In this document: one piece after another, positions 1 through 9,834 of the stretch
How positions within the stretch are numbered: position 1 is the first letter of the stretch
Layout: every line of letters begins with the position of its first letter
From: Candidatus Poribacteria bacterium
GTDB taxonomy: Bacteria > Poribacteria > WGA-4E > PCPOR2b
DNA: 64,000 nt
Assembly: GCA_965198175.1 (NCBI GenBank)
Contig: OZ240245.1
Coordinates: 1,472,001 to 1,536,000, forward strand
Direction of reading: 5' to 3'
Made by a program: the position numbers and the translations under genes
The notes under the pieces: model-generated
What the model was told of the DNA's origin: nothing
The model's input: the letters and a program-made list of their open reading frames with translations, nothing else
Databases searched by the model: none

Positions 1-84
1 GCGATCTTTTTCCGATTCTCCTTTTCAAGCAGACAACGGGCACTTTTTGAGTTGCGTTGTTAATTGTTAAGGCGGTGAGTGCCG

Positions 85-855
85 ATGAAATGCACTTTTA
101 CTTTGGGTATGCTGAGTTTGACTTTCATCTATGTTCTATTCGCGCACGCGGACGAACTAAGTTGGGACTTGGCGAACCAGGGGGCAACCCGTCGAGAGTG
201 GGAGGTTATCTCTGGCGATTGGGAATTCAAAGGCGGCTGGTGGGAAGTTAAAAGCGGTCTTCATACGCCCGGCATCGCTGTGATTAAAGAGGAAGTTGCA
301 GAGCGGCTTGGACTCTTCACCCACGATGGTATGATTTGTGAGGTGACGTTCGACGTTTTGGGCAAACCGGGCAACCAATTTGTAATCTTCGCTTACGCTC
401 CGGAGACTGATGAAGACCACGTTTTTCAAGCGGGGACGCGCTTTCAGGCGTTAGACGGGTCGTGGTCGATTGAACGAATGCATATCCATGCTAAAGACGC
501 GTTTAAAGGACTCGATGAAATTTTTAAACAAGAAAAGAATCCTGTAAAGCAATCCAATTTCGATTTCAAGCTCGAAATTCAAGGTAACACGGTTATTGGC
601 TATCATAAAGAAAGAGAGCAGATCCGATATACCTTTGGCAAAGATAGACCTCCGCCGATCTTTGGTGCGGGTGGAGATTTAGTTCGAGTTTTAGCCTTGA
701 TTCGGGCGATGCCTGTCGGTCGAATTGGTATCGCCAATGAAAATGCACACACCCGCTTTCGAAAGTTTAAGATTTCGGGGCCTGGCATCCGACCCCGACC
801 GGTTGAACCGGGCGGCAAATTGGCAATGATTTGGGGCGGAATAAAAGCGCAATGA
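85..855 (+). CDS. Secreted beta-sandwich (concanavalin/LamG-like) protein with Poribacteria-type C-terminal motif
   Basis: N-terminal signal peptide (..LFAHA); 'WEVISGDWE..GRIGI..TRFRKFKI' pattern; ends PVEPGGKLAMIWGGIKAQ. ATG at 85 preferred over GTG at 79. Confidence 0.75.
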   Translation: MKCTFTLGMLSLTFIYVLFAHADELSWDLANQGATRREWEVISGDWEFKGGWWEVKSGLHTPGIAVIKEEVAERLGLFTHDGMICEVTFDVLGKPGNQFVIFAYAPETDEDHVFQAGTRFQALDGSWSIERMHIHAKDAFKGLDEIFKQEKNPVKQSNFDFKLEIQGNTVIGYHKEREQIRYTFGKDRPPPIFGAGGDLVRVLALIRAMPVGRIGIANENAHTRFRKFKISGPGIRPRPVEPGGKLAMIWGGIKAQ

Positions 856-990
856 AACGGAATGTGCGAATATTTGAACGGACTCGGAGATTGGAGGATT
901 AATTCTTTCGCGAAGATTCTATGAAAATTTTACTTGCCCCGGTCGCGGGGCATCCCCCGCCGGGGGTTGGTACCATATGGGAACCTGATT

Positions 991-1419
991 ATGGAAAGAA
1001 CCATTGATAAATACCACACCCCCACGCCCGTTACGCTCCGTGAGGCAGTCCAGCACTGGATTGCTCAAGCGCAGCAGAAGTTGGACGCACACCTTCTAGG
1101 GTCGGACGATTTAGACGCGCTTGCAGAGATTGCCGCTGCGAGTGAAAAGATTCGCCAGCGGTTGCTCTATCTACACACCGAGATGCCAAGCCCACGCAGC
1201 AAAGTTGTTGCGATGTATCAGGTTGATCCAGTCGCCGGCGGTGCAGAGTTGCAACTGACCCACGACCCGAAATTCCCCTACACCACCCTTCATGATGCGA
1301 TTCTCGACGGCTGGCAGGTCATCCAGTTTCCCAACCAAAGAGATGTGTCCGATGATCGCCAGGTCAACGTTCAGGGCTATGAGTTCATCCTACAAAAACT
1401 GGAGGTGTACCATGACTGA
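991..1419 (+). CDS. Hypothetical protein, translationally coupled to the downstream dioxygenase
   Basis: ORF from ATG 991; its stop overlaps the next start (ATGACTGA); the GGAGG RBS of the next gene lies inside its 3' end. Confidence 0.7.
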   Translation: MERTIDKYHTPTPVTLREAVQHWIAQAQQKLDAHLLGSDDLDALAEIAAASEKIRQRLLYLHTEMPSPRSKVVAMYQVDPVAGGAELQLTHDPKFPYTTLHDAILDGWQVIQFPNQRDVSDDRQVNVQGYEFILQKLEVYHD

Positions 1420-2344
1420 CACCGGTGCAGTTGAGAGTGACAAATCCACAACCGGAGTGACGATTTGCGCCGACCATATCCAGCCTATTCCGCTCACCGA
1501 CGATCAGGTCATTGATTTCATTATCCGCGGCTATCTCATCGTACAGCCAGACATCCCCGCGGCGGTCCACCAGCAGGTTTGCCGGGAATTCGACCAGAAT
1601 GGCGGCGTCTCGTTAGACCTTCAGAACGACCCGTTGGGCTTGGAATTGTTAGAGAAAGCGCCGACGCTTGATAAGGTGTTCAATCACCCGGTCGTCCATG
1701 GCGCGGCGTTTAGCCTGCTGGGGCCGGATTACTTTGTGTTCCACCGCTATTGCCACGCGGTTCGACCGGGAGATGGCAGGGTGGGCTGGCACCAGGACGA
1801 CGTTAACGTTCGCCACTACCAACTCCGCCGGCTGATGTTCCTGTATTACCCGCAGGATGTAACTGCCGACATGGGAGCGACCTACGTTGTGCCCGGCACG
1901 CACCTCTACAATTGCTGCACCGACCGCATGCAGACGTACGGCAATATCCGCGGTCAGGTCGCGCTCACGGTTAAGGCGGGCAGCGTTGTGATTACGCACT
2001 ACGACATCTGGCACACGGCTTCGCCCAACCGGAGTGACCGGATGCGCTATATGGTCAAATACTACGTGGACCGGACGCACGAACCGATTGAACCTAACTG
2101 GTACCACGAGCCCGACGGTGCTATCCCGCTTGCGATGAACCGGATGCATAACGAACGGATGGCTTGGACGCGATCCGATTTTTACAAGGAACGGCATCTG
2201 CGCTGGCGTGTGTGGTCGTATCTGCTTGGGCAGAAGGGGCCGGTGGTCTGGGAAAAGTGGAAAACGCTGCATCCGAGCTCTCGCACGCTGTCTGAGTTGC
2301 AGCCGGAGGAGATACAAGGATACCTCGGCGCGCCCACCGCTTGA
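1412..2344 (+). CDS. Phytanoyl-CoA dioxygenase (PhyH) family Fe(II)/2-oxoglutarate oxygenase
   Basis: WHQD (HxD), GATYVVPGTH, AGSVVITHYDIWH..PN.SDRMR motifs; GGAGG at 1401 before ATG 1412. Confidence 0.9.
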   Translation: MTDTGAVESDKSTTGVTICADHIQPIPLTDDQVIDFIIRGYLIVQPDIPAAVHQQVCREFDQNGGVSLDLQNDPLGLELLEKAPTLDKVFNHPVVHGAAFSLLGPDYFVFHRYCHAVRPGDGRVGWHQDDVNVRHYQLRRLMFLYYPQDVTADMGATYVVPGTHLYNCCTDRMQTYGNIRGQVALTVKAGSVVITHYDIWHTASPNRSDRMRYMVKYYVDRTHEPIEPNWYHEPDGAIPLAMNRMHNERMAWTRSDFYKERHLRWRVWSYLLGQKGPVVWEKWKTLHPSSRTLSELQPEEIQGYLGAPTA

Positions 2345-2446
2345 TGATACAATTCTGATGAAATGTTCCCGCATGCGGTAAACTTGGACGAAGAACTTCC
2401 CGTTTTACGGGTTTGAGAATCAGACCACAATGAGGAGAGCTAAATA

Positions 2447-3535
2447 ATGAAACGAATCAATCATCTTATCTGCACGGCAGCGATTTTGACCATGGTAGTT
2501 GCGATGTCCTCGTCTGTGTTCGCAGGGGCGGGACGCACCGGCGCTCAAATTCTCGAACTCGGCGGCGGGACGCGGGCGGCAGCGTTGGGCGATGCCTTTT
2601 CTGCGGTTGATGGGGATGTCACCTCCGCTTTCTGGAACCCAAGTGGATTGGGGATTATCCAAGACAAGCAGGCTGCGATTTCGTACATGGACTACAGCCA
2701 ACTGTTTGGCGAAGCGAGCGAGGGGCTGTACTACGCATTTTTCGCGGGTGCGCTACCTCTCAGCGCGTCGGGAACGCTCGGCACAACGCTCCAACTGCAA
2801 GGGCAGGGCGAGATAGCGATTACCACGGATTCCCCAGAGATAGAGCGGTATGAGAACCTTGGCACGAACTGGGCGTGGACCGTGTCTTACGCGGATACAT
2901 TGGCTAACGGCGTGTCAGCCGGAATTAGCGGCAAGATAATCCAAATGAAATTGGGGAGACACAGCGGACGCGCATACGCCATCGATTTCGGCGCGCAATA
3001 CGATCTCCCGAATTTCCTGACTCCGATACGCATCGGCGCCGCCGTCCAGAATTGGGGCACGGAGATTGCGTTCATCGACGCAAACCAAAGCGATCCGCTG
3101 CCCCGCAAATTTAGGCTGGGAACAGCGATTACACTCTATGAAGCGGGGCATCATGACCTACGGCTCATTGGGGATTTGATTGCATATATTGACAAACTGA
3201 AAGAGGACGACGAGGAGGGAGTCCAGGCGTTTCTGGATGCGAATCCCAACGTTACACGCAATCAGCTTCTCGCAGATCGCGGCGTTGGTAGACATGCCTT
3301 TGAGTGGCGGCACATGCAGAAGAGCGTCGGACTGGAGTATTGGTTGGGTAGGCTGCTTGCATTGCGGGTGGGATACAAAACGGAACCAGCGGTCGATAGG
3401 CCTGAATTTTCGGATCATTTGACGTACGGACTCGGTGTGCGCCTCCTGAATTATCAGTTCGATTATGCACGCATCCCCGGTGGGGGACCGAACAATCAGC
3501 GGCTAAATGTGTTTGCGTTGGTTTTGCGGTTTTAG
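2447..3535 (+). CDS. PorV/PorQ-like (UPF0164) outer-membrane beta-barrel
   Basis: Signal peptide; GAQILELGGGTRAAALGDAFSAV..SAFWNPSGL signature; C-terminal Phe; AGGAG RBS. Confidence 0.85.
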   Translation: MKRINHLICTAAILTMVVAMSSSVFAGAGRTGAQILELGGGTRAAALGDAFSAVDGDVTSAFWNPSGLGIIQDKQAAISYMDYSQLFGEASEGLYYAFFAGALPLSASGTLGTTLQLQGQGEIAITTDSPEIERYENLGTNWAWTVSYADTLANGVSAGISGKIIQMKLGRHSGRAYAIDFGAQYDLPNFLTPIRIGAAVQNWGTEIAFIDANQSDPLPRKFRLGTAITLYEAGHHDLRLIGDLIAYIDKLKEDDEEGVQAFLDANPNVTRNQLLADRGVGRHAFEWRHMQKSVGLEYWLGRLLALRVGYKTEPAVDRPEFSDHLTYGLGVRLLNYQFDYARIPGGGPNNQRLNVFALVLRF

Positions 3536-3565
3536 TTTTTGTAGGTTGGGTTGTTGCAATAAGGA

Positions 3566-4405
3566 GTGAACTTGAAAAAGATAGGTGAAGTCATTTTATT
3601 GTTGAACCTCATGGGGTTGCTTGCCGCGCCTACGTACGCAAGCTCGGTTGACAAGATAGCTTCCGACAGGACTGATTCTGGGGGGTTTCGGCTCATATCT
3701 GCGCTTGGACCTCGACACCTAGACGTTAACCAGATCGACGGATCAATGGGCATCGTACGGGTACGGGCCGAGCGGTTGAAGTCGCCGAACCGGGCGTTTT
3801 TGTATTCGCTGCTCATCCCGGGTTCCGGTCAGCTCTACCTCGGCGCGAAACGGGGTTACCTTTACATTGCGGCAGAAGTCGGGCTGCTCGCGGCGCATTT
3901 CGTCACTCGCAGCGATGCGGAGAATACGCGGGAGAGCTACCGAGAGCATGTGAGAGCAAATGTCGCCTTCGAGGGACCAGGCGGGTTTGACTCGTGGGAC
4001 CCTGTCGAAGACTACGAGCACGCAACACTGTTTGACAATTGGCACAATATTTATACAGAGGATGGGAATGGCGAACCAATCGACCGAGTCGGCGCGTGGT
4101 ATTGGAAGGATCGGCAGGTGTTCAAAGACGAAGATCGAGAGGGTAAACACGATTCGCCCCAGCGCAAAATCGCGCGTGAGTTGCGAGATGAAGCCAATGA
4201 CAAATTTGAACGGGCTCGCACCTTTTTGGGAATCGCTATTTTGAACCACGTGATCAGCGCAGTTGAAGCGCGAATCTCTGCGAAGCGGACCAATCGACAA
4301 TACACCGCTCAAGTTTCCGTGCCGCGATCCATTGAACTGGATGTGCAGACAAGTCTCTCGCCTTTCGCCGCGGAAACTCAGCTCGTACTGCGAAAACTGT
4401 TTTGA
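3566..4405 (+). CDS. Exported/membrane protein with DUF5683-like motif
   Basis: Signal peptide; KSPNRAFLYSLLIPGSGQLY motif; AAGGAG upstream of GTG. Confidence 0.7.
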   Translation: MNLKKIGEVILLLNLMGLLAAPTYASSVDKIASDRTDSGGFRLISALGPRHLDVNQIDGSMGIVRVRAERLKSPNRAFLYSLLIPGSGQLYLGAKRGYLYIAAEVGLLAAHFVTRSDAENTRESYREHVRANVAFEGPGGFDSWDPVEDYEHATLFDNWHNIYTEDGNGEPIDRVGAWYWKDRQVFKDEDREGKHDSPQRKIARELRDEANDKFERARTFLGIAILNHVISAVEARISAKRTNRQYTAQVSVPRSIELDVQTSLSPFAAETQLVLRKLF

Positions 4406-4492
4406 CCTGAGCGGAGTTTAGATGTTTTTAGGTCTGGTCAGTGTACCTTGCACCCACGATTAGGATTGGGTTCGGGCTTTTGCGGTAGGTAC

Positions 4493-4528
4493 AAAAAAAG
4501 GGAAATTGGGTGATTCCCAATTTCCCTT
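4493..4528 (-). terminator. Rho-independent terminator of the OmpA/MotB gene
   Basis: AAGGGAAATTGGG-TGATT-CCCAATTTCCCTT perfect stem, with an A7 run on the + strand (U-tract on -). Confidence 0.85.
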
Positions 4529-4554
4529 AAACAAGGAGAATGCGAGATGAGCGG

Positions 4555-5433
4555 CTACATCATCTTTGGGGCGGGTGGTGTAATGAAGATTTCTGCGCGA
4601 CGGTTCATTGCGGACCCCGCTTTTGTCCTCACGGATGCAGCCGGATCGGTGTGCGCGCGTCCAATCGACTCGATGTCGTTTGCCACGCCCTGCGTTTTGA
4701 GGTACTTCACAGCGGCATCTGCACGGGCTTGAGAAAGATGCCAGTTGCTGCGGAATCTTCCACTCAACACCGGCGTCCCATCGGTATGACCAATGACCTT
4801 GACCATCGTGTCTGGGTGCGCCTCCATAATCTCCTTAACCGCCATATTGAGTTTCTGCTTCGCTTCCTGACTCAAACGGTTGCCTCCGCTGGGGAAGTTA
4901 ACCGTTGCAATTAACGTAGGCTTCGCAGCAACCATTGCTTTGAGGGTTTCTGTCTCCTCTTTCACGTCGGCGATCGCCGACTTCATCTCGATGTGATCGG
5001 ATGCTTGCGCCTTAGACTTATTGTCAAGGCTGCCGATCATCATGCGCAGCTTGTCGTCTTCTTGCATTGCGAATGACTGCGCTTTATCACGCGCCATATT
5101 TACGGCGTTCGTCAAGTCTTGATGCAATGCGGCGTCTTGGTCTTTTGCAAAGTGCTTGGCGGTGCCGATTGTGTCCGCATCGCCCTGTTCAGAGGCTGCG
5201 ACCGCGTCGTTCTTCGCCATCGAGATGTCCGATCTCAAAGAATTTCCTTGCTCATCGACCTTTCCACCAATCATAGCGACCTCTTCGCGCAACTTTGAGT
5301 GCTCCGCTGCAGAATCCGCGTTGTATTTTTCCATCTCTGCGCCAAACTCTGTCTTGCTCAACTTGCCACACCCGCTCAGACCGATACCAAGCGCAAGAAT
5401 GCCAACAATAGCCAGTAAGGCTAAGTCTTTCAT
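4555..5433 (-). CDS. Lipoprotein with coiled coil and OmpA/MotB-type peptidoglycan-binding domain
   Basis: Lipobox LSGC; GHTD..SNWHLSQARA..NRRAEI; GGAGG RBS. Confidence 0.9.
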   Translation of the reverse strand: MKDLALLAIVGILALGIGLSGCGKLSKTEFGAEMEKYNADSAAEHSKLREEVAMIGGKVDEQGNSLRSDISMAKNDAVAASEQGDADTIGTAKHFAKDQDAALHQDLTNAVNMARDKAQSFAMQEDDKLRMMIGSLDNKSKAQASDHIEMKSAIADVKEETETLKAMVAAKPTLIATVNFPSGGNRLSQEAKQKLNMAVKEIMEAHPDTMVKVIGHTDGTPVLSGRFRSNWHLSQARADAAVKYLKTQGVANDIESIGRAHTDPAASVRTKAGSAMNRRAEIFITPPAPKMM

Positions 5434-5686
5434 TGTTTCCTCCCAAGAATTGAATGCGTTACCATTAGGAATACAGATTTTGAGGATCTGATACGCGCTT
5501 CAGCTTAAAGGATAGTTTAGCACAAGTCTTGTCTGAATACAAGAAAAAACGCTACGCATTTTTGGCTGGATGTGTAGATTTTGTGAGATGGTGAGTTACC
5601 GAAACGAGGTTTTCTCCATCAGGATCTTGATGGCGGATGATTTCAATTGTCGTCCATCGTTAAAAGAACGTCCTGCTTTTGAGTTG

Positions 5687-6766
5687 TTACCGGTGTGCGG
5701 ACAGTTGGATGCTTCCATTCGAGCTGCGTAGCTTGACGGTCGTCTCTCCACCATCGCCAATTTGACCTTCCAGCCGATTGTAGATTTTCTTATTGTCAGG
5801 TGTTGGAAAGTCGGACTTGACACGTCCGTTCCTGGTCTTGGCGCTCAGTTGTCCGGCGAAATGTGCCGGGAGCGTCAGACGAATCGTACCATTTTTGGTC
5901 TCTGCGGTCACCGGGGCGATGCCGTCGGCAATCTTTACGTCAATGGACCCGTTCGTCGTCGAGAACTCTGCTTTGTCCGCAAGCTGCCCAACCGAAGTCT
6001 CGATATTGCCGTTGGTGGTGTGGACGTCAATGGGACCAGTATCACCTTGCACCTTGATTGTGCCGTTGACGGTTTTTGCGGCGATGGCGCCCTCAATTCC
6101 GCTGATTCGGATGGCGCTGTTGACCGTGGCTAGATTTGCATCCATTTGGCGCGGGGTTTGAATTTCATAACTGACCGTTACATTGACGCCTTTGGGCGAA
6201 TTGGGGTGTTCTCTGTAGATTCGAATTTCGTCACCGTTTTGTTCGGCGTGGACTTGAACTAGTTGCGCGAACTCCTCCGCTTCTTCCGCACTCGGGGCGC
6301 TGACTTCTTTCAGGGCGAACACAACGACGTGATTTTCGTCGCCGCCATTGAGTGAAATTGAACCGTTGACGGTCTGCGCGGCGATTTTTGAAACATCGGT
6401 AGTATCAAGCTGCCACTGAATTCTTTCTTCGAATTTTCGTTTGCCGCTGGTTTTTTCAATGATATCAACCGCGTCGGAGACTGACGCTTTCACTTGTTCG
6501 ACAACATCGCCAACAGCCCCGCCTACGACCTTTCCGACATCAGCGGTTCGATGCACGGATTCAACGGCTCTGTTAACGCCCTGCCTAATCTCCTGTCTAA
6601 TCTCCTGAAAAATTTCTGCGACCTCCTTGGATTTTCGATTTTTCGCCCTGTGTTGACTGCCCGATTCGGAACTGTCGCTGATGGCGCGGATGAGCAGCTC
6701 CGCTTCTTCTGCATTGATTGTGCCCTCTTCAAGCATTCTGAGAACTTCGCGTCGTTCATCGCTCAT
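5687..6766 (-). CDS. SHOCT-like + DUF4097 beta-repeat protein (YvlB/LiaX-like)
   Basis: MSDERREVLRMLEEGTINAEEAELL N-terminus; repeated T.NG.I motifs; GGAGG before ATG 6766. Confidence 0.85.
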   Translation of the reverse strand: MSDERREVLRMLEEGTINAEEAELLIRAISDSSESGSQHRAKNRKSKEVAEIFQEIRQEIRQGVNRAVESVHRTADVGKVVGGAVGDVVEQVKASVSDAVDIIEKTSGKRKFEERIQWQLDTTDVSKIAAQTVNGSISLNGGDENHVVVFALKEVSAPSAEEAEEFAQLVQVHAEQNGDEIRIYREHPNSPKGVNVTVSYEIQTPRQMDANLATVNSAIRISGIEGAIAAKTVNGTIKVQGDTGPIDVHTTNGNIETSVGQLADKAEFSTTNGSIDVKIADGIAPVTAETKNGTIRLTLPAHFAGQLSAKTRNGRVKSDFPTPDNKKIYNRLEGQIGDGGETTVKLRSSNGSIQLSAHR

Positions 6767-6935
6767 GATTTTCCTCCGTATAAATGTGAGTGCCACTATT
6801 TGAACGTCTACCGAGTCAAGAATTATTGCTCTTCTTTTCAATTTCCTGGTATAACTCCGGATTCATTAGTTTCGACGTGCCTTCAGTATTGCCGATTCGC
6901 GGGTACGACCCGCATGCGTTGGGGGTTTCGGCAAG

Positions 6936-7259
6936 CTAACGATGAGTTAGTTGTTTGAACTCGTGGGCCATTTCCCGGAGGGTTCGGTTCAAGCTGCGTT
7001 TTTGTTCACGCAGAAGTCCCTTTAGGTTCTTGAAGCTGTCCACTTTGACGGCGTCCAAGTGTTTTTTGGAGGTTTCGGCGAAGGATTTCAATACATGAAT
7101 TACATGAATTGTATATTCACCCCAGTATCCGGCTTTGAAACGATGTGACCGCGCCTGTTGGTCGGTTTCTTTGAGCGCTTGTAGCAGCGAATTCGCCTCC
7201 TCCACTGTGATTTTTCGGTCCGATACCAGTTTGAGAATTGCCATTGTTTCCTTATTCAT
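6936..7259 (-). CDS. SHOCT-like domain protein
   Basis: MNKETMAILKLVSDRKITVEEANSLLQAL; AGGAGG RBS. Confidence 0.75.
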   Translation of the reverse strand: MNKETMAILKLVSDRKITVEEANSLLQALKETDQQARSHRFKAGYWGEYTIHVIHVLKSFAETSKKHLDAVKVDSFKNLKGLLREQKRSLNRTLREMAHEFKQLTHR

Positions 7260-7279
7260 CGGTTTTACCTCCTTTACGG

Positions 7280-7657
7280 TTAATTTAGTTGATGAATCAG
7301 TTCCGCCGCTTCAGCCGCGGAAATCTCGCCTGCATCGAGCCGCTTGAGGATTTCGCGACGTTGTTCAGGAATGTCATCGGTCGGCTCTACACCGAGCTCA
7401 AAGCCGAGTTCGGCGATGACGGCGTTCAAGCGGCTTCGGACGGTGGGATAGGAGATTCCTAGCTCCCGTTCCATCTCTTTGACGTTGCCCCGATTCCTGA
7501 CGAAGATTTCCAAAAACTTGAGACTTTCGCTTGACAGGCGGCAGAAGCGACAGGTTTCATACTGGCTTTCGATTTTGGTATCGCAGGCGTGACAATGTAA
7601 CTCTGTGATTGTCAGTTCCCCACCGCATGTTGGGCATTTTTCCAATATCTTTCGCAA
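7280..7657 (-). CDS. DUF2089 family Zn-ribbon/HTH regulator with C-terminal SHOCT
   Basis: CPTCG..CHACD; GNVKEMERELGISYPTVRSRL; ILKRLDAGEISAAEAAELI; AGGAGG before TTG 7657. Confidence 0.9.
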   Translation of the reverse strand: MRKILEKCPTCGGELTITELHCHACDTKIESQYETCRFCRLSSESLKFLEIFVRNRGNVKEMERELGISYPTVRSRLNAVIAELGFELGVEPTDDIPEQRREILKRLDAGEISAAEAAELIHQLN

Positions 7658-7715
7658 TGTCAACCTCCTCTTAAAAGTTGGTGTGGTGTTTGAAACTATA
7701 ATTTGCTTTGAATAA

Positions 7716-7744
7716 AATATACCATAGTTATAAATGTTTGTCAA
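7716..7744 (-). promoter_or_regulatory. sigma70-type promoter of the DUF2089 operon
   Basis: TTGACA-17 nt-TATATT on - strand. Confidence 0.65.
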
Positions 7745-7922
7745 GATATAAAACAAGAAATCAGAACAAACTGCCGAACACATTAAAATATGCAACATAA
7801 AAGGTGAAAATATAAAAAAGAGCCATGAATCATTTGGGTGACTCATGGCTCAATGGACGTATCCTCAGAATAATTGGGGGGAGCTCAGGCAACTGTTGTT
7901 TATGTTTCAGATTATGAGCGTC

Positions 7923-8540
7923 CTATTTGGGAGACACATCTTCAAAAAGGAGGTCGCGTTGAATCCATGAAATGATGGATTCCACGTGTTTTCCGCGGCG
8001 CAAGTCTGTGAAGACAAAGGGTCTTTCACCGCGCATACGTTTTGTGTCCGCTTGCATAACCTCTAGGTTAGCCCCGACGTGGGGCGCCAAGTCAATCTTA
8101 TTGATGACGAGCAAGTCGGAGCGGGTGATGCCGGGACCGCCTTTGCGGGGGATTTTGTCACCGCCCGCGACATCAATGACGTAGATGGCGGCATCGACTA
8201 GCTCCGGACTAAAGAATGCAGCGAGGTTGTCGCCGCCGCTCTCCAGGAATAAGATTTCCAGTTTGGGAAAACGGTCAATCATTTGCTCAAGGGCTTCCAG
8301 ATTGGCAGAGATATCCTCGCGAATGGCAGTGTGAGGGCATCCGCCCGTCTCGACGCCGAGGATTCGGTCGGAAGGAAGTGCTCCCGCGCGGAGTAGAATT
8401 TCGGCATCTTCGCGTGTGTAGATGTCGTTGGTGATGGCGGCGAGCTCGTAGTTTCGACGCATGACTTTGCACAACCGTTCGATGAGGGCGGTTTTGCCTG
8501 AACCTACGGGGCCGCCAATTCCAATTTTCAGGGGTTTCAT
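7923..8540 (-). CDS. ureG: Urease accessory GTPase UreG
   Basis: [37 protein letters not shown]. Confidence 0.97.
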   Translation of the reverse strand: MKPLKIGIGGPVGSGKTALIERLCKVMRRNYELAAITNDIYTREDAEILLRAGALPSDRILGVETGGCPHTAIREDISANLEALEQMIDRFPKLEILFLESGGDNLAAFFSPELVDAAIYVIDVAGGDKIPRKGGPGITRSDLLVINKIDLAPHVGANLEVMQADTKRMRGERPFVFTDLRRGKHVESIISWIQRDLLFEDVSPK

Positions 8541-8634
8541 GGGTAACAATCCTTTCTCGACAACGCAGATTTACAAGTCTTAAGAAGCATGCAAGGCTCA
8601 TATAAGTGCTGTCATCTAATCGCATCTTCGTGGA

Positions 8635-9357
8635 TTACGAAATAAAGAGTCTGGAATAGAGCTGTTCATGCTGCATGCTCCGAATATCCAGCCCCGGCGT
8701 AAAAGACCCGAGATCCTCGATTTTGGCGTCCTGTGCGTATTCAGCGATTTCCAGGAGATCAGGCTGAAGCGCCCGAATCGTCAATTGCCCTTCGGTTGCG
8801 CCAAGCGGGATAAGCCGCACGGCTGCAGAGACTTGACCGACGACGTAGGCATGCAGATAACCGAGCAGTGCGATATGTAGTTCAATTGAAGTTGCTGCAG
8901 TAATCAATCCGAAAGCTATGGAATGGTGACCGGCGCAGATCTTCGACCGTATCCGATTTTCGTAAGCATCTACTGATGCATTTGTGACGTGCTGCCGTGC
9001 GTTTCGGAGAAATTGCTTGCCGACCTGTACACTGCCATTTCGGGATTCCCGCGGTAGCTTCAACGCTGTGAGACGGGCGTCTAGGCCAGTAATGCTATTT
9101 ATACTGGCGACAGGGGCATTTTCGTAATTGAGAGCGGATTTGTACGACACGGCTAGTGCGATCGCATCAGTATGTCGTATCCCGGCGTGCAGGGATGTCT
9201 TCAGAAGTTCCTCAAAGGATGGCTGATCTGTAACCAACCCACGCTGAACGTATGTTTCCAAGCCAAAGGAGTGGGCGAACGCGCCGGTCGGGAAGAAGCT
9301 GTCGACCAATTGAAGCAGTGTGAGCAGAGCACTATTGTTCGGATCGTTGGGTTTCAT
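8635..9357 (-). CDS. ureF: Urease accessory protein UreF
   Basis: LQLVDSFFPTGAFAHSFGLE; C-terminal HEQLYSRLFIS. Confidence 0.95.
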   Translation of the reverse strand: MKPNDPNNSALLTLLQLVDSFFPTGAFAHSFGLETYVQRGLVTDQPSFEELLKTSLHAGIRHTDAIALAVSYKSALNYENAPVASINSITGLDARLTALKLPRESRNGSVQVGKQFLRNARQHVTNASVDAYENRIRSKICAGHHSIAFGLITAATSIELHIALLGYLHAYVVGQVSAAVRLIPLGATEGQLTIRALQPDLLEIAEYAQDAKIEDLGSFTPGLDIRSMQHEQLYSRLFIS

Positions 9358-9396
9358 TCGGTGTCGTCTTTGCGGGTAACTTCTCTGACGATATTC

Positions 9397-9834
9397 TTAA
9401 TGGGTGTGCCAACGCGCAGCGGCGCGGGTGAAAACGAGCTCTTCAATGGTATAATCGAATCCGAGCCGAGCTAACTGTTTTTCGAGAACCGGTTCATAAG
9501 GAACAAGAATCGCGCCCTCGTGAAAACCGATGGGGCGATGGAGGTTGCCAATCTGATAACACACGAGACCGAACACCTCGCGCATCTCAGGGCGCAGAAC
9601 GAACACCACTTCCGGCGCTCCTTGTACGACGATTTCAAATTGCTCATTCCGATAGAGGACATCGCCCGGTTGTAAGATTGTTCCGGTGGGTAGCGCCAAG
9701 CCAATATCCCACCCACTCGCAGTCGTCAGCCGCTGCCGGCATTTCTGACGACCTTCCCAGGTCAGCGACACAGTGTCCGACGCCAACACGTCATTTTCGG
9801 GCTGTTGCGTGATGATATTCTCCACGATAATCAT
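9397..9834 (-). CDS. ureE: Urease accessory protein UreE
   Basis: LTWEGRQKCRQR, LQPGDVL, CYQIGNLH; GGAG before ATG 9834. Confidence 0.92.
   Translation of the reverse strand: MIIVENIITQQPENDVLASDTVSLTWEGRQKCRQRLTTASGWDIGLALPTGTILQPGDVLYRNEQFEIVVQGAPEVVFVLRPEMREVFGLVCYQIGNLHRPIGFHEGAILVPYEPVLEKQLARLGFDYTIEELVFTRAAARWHTH

Noticed and set aside
1649..2374. 241-aa antisense ORF over the PhyH gene
   Set aside because: GC-rich antisense shadow of a well-supported gene.
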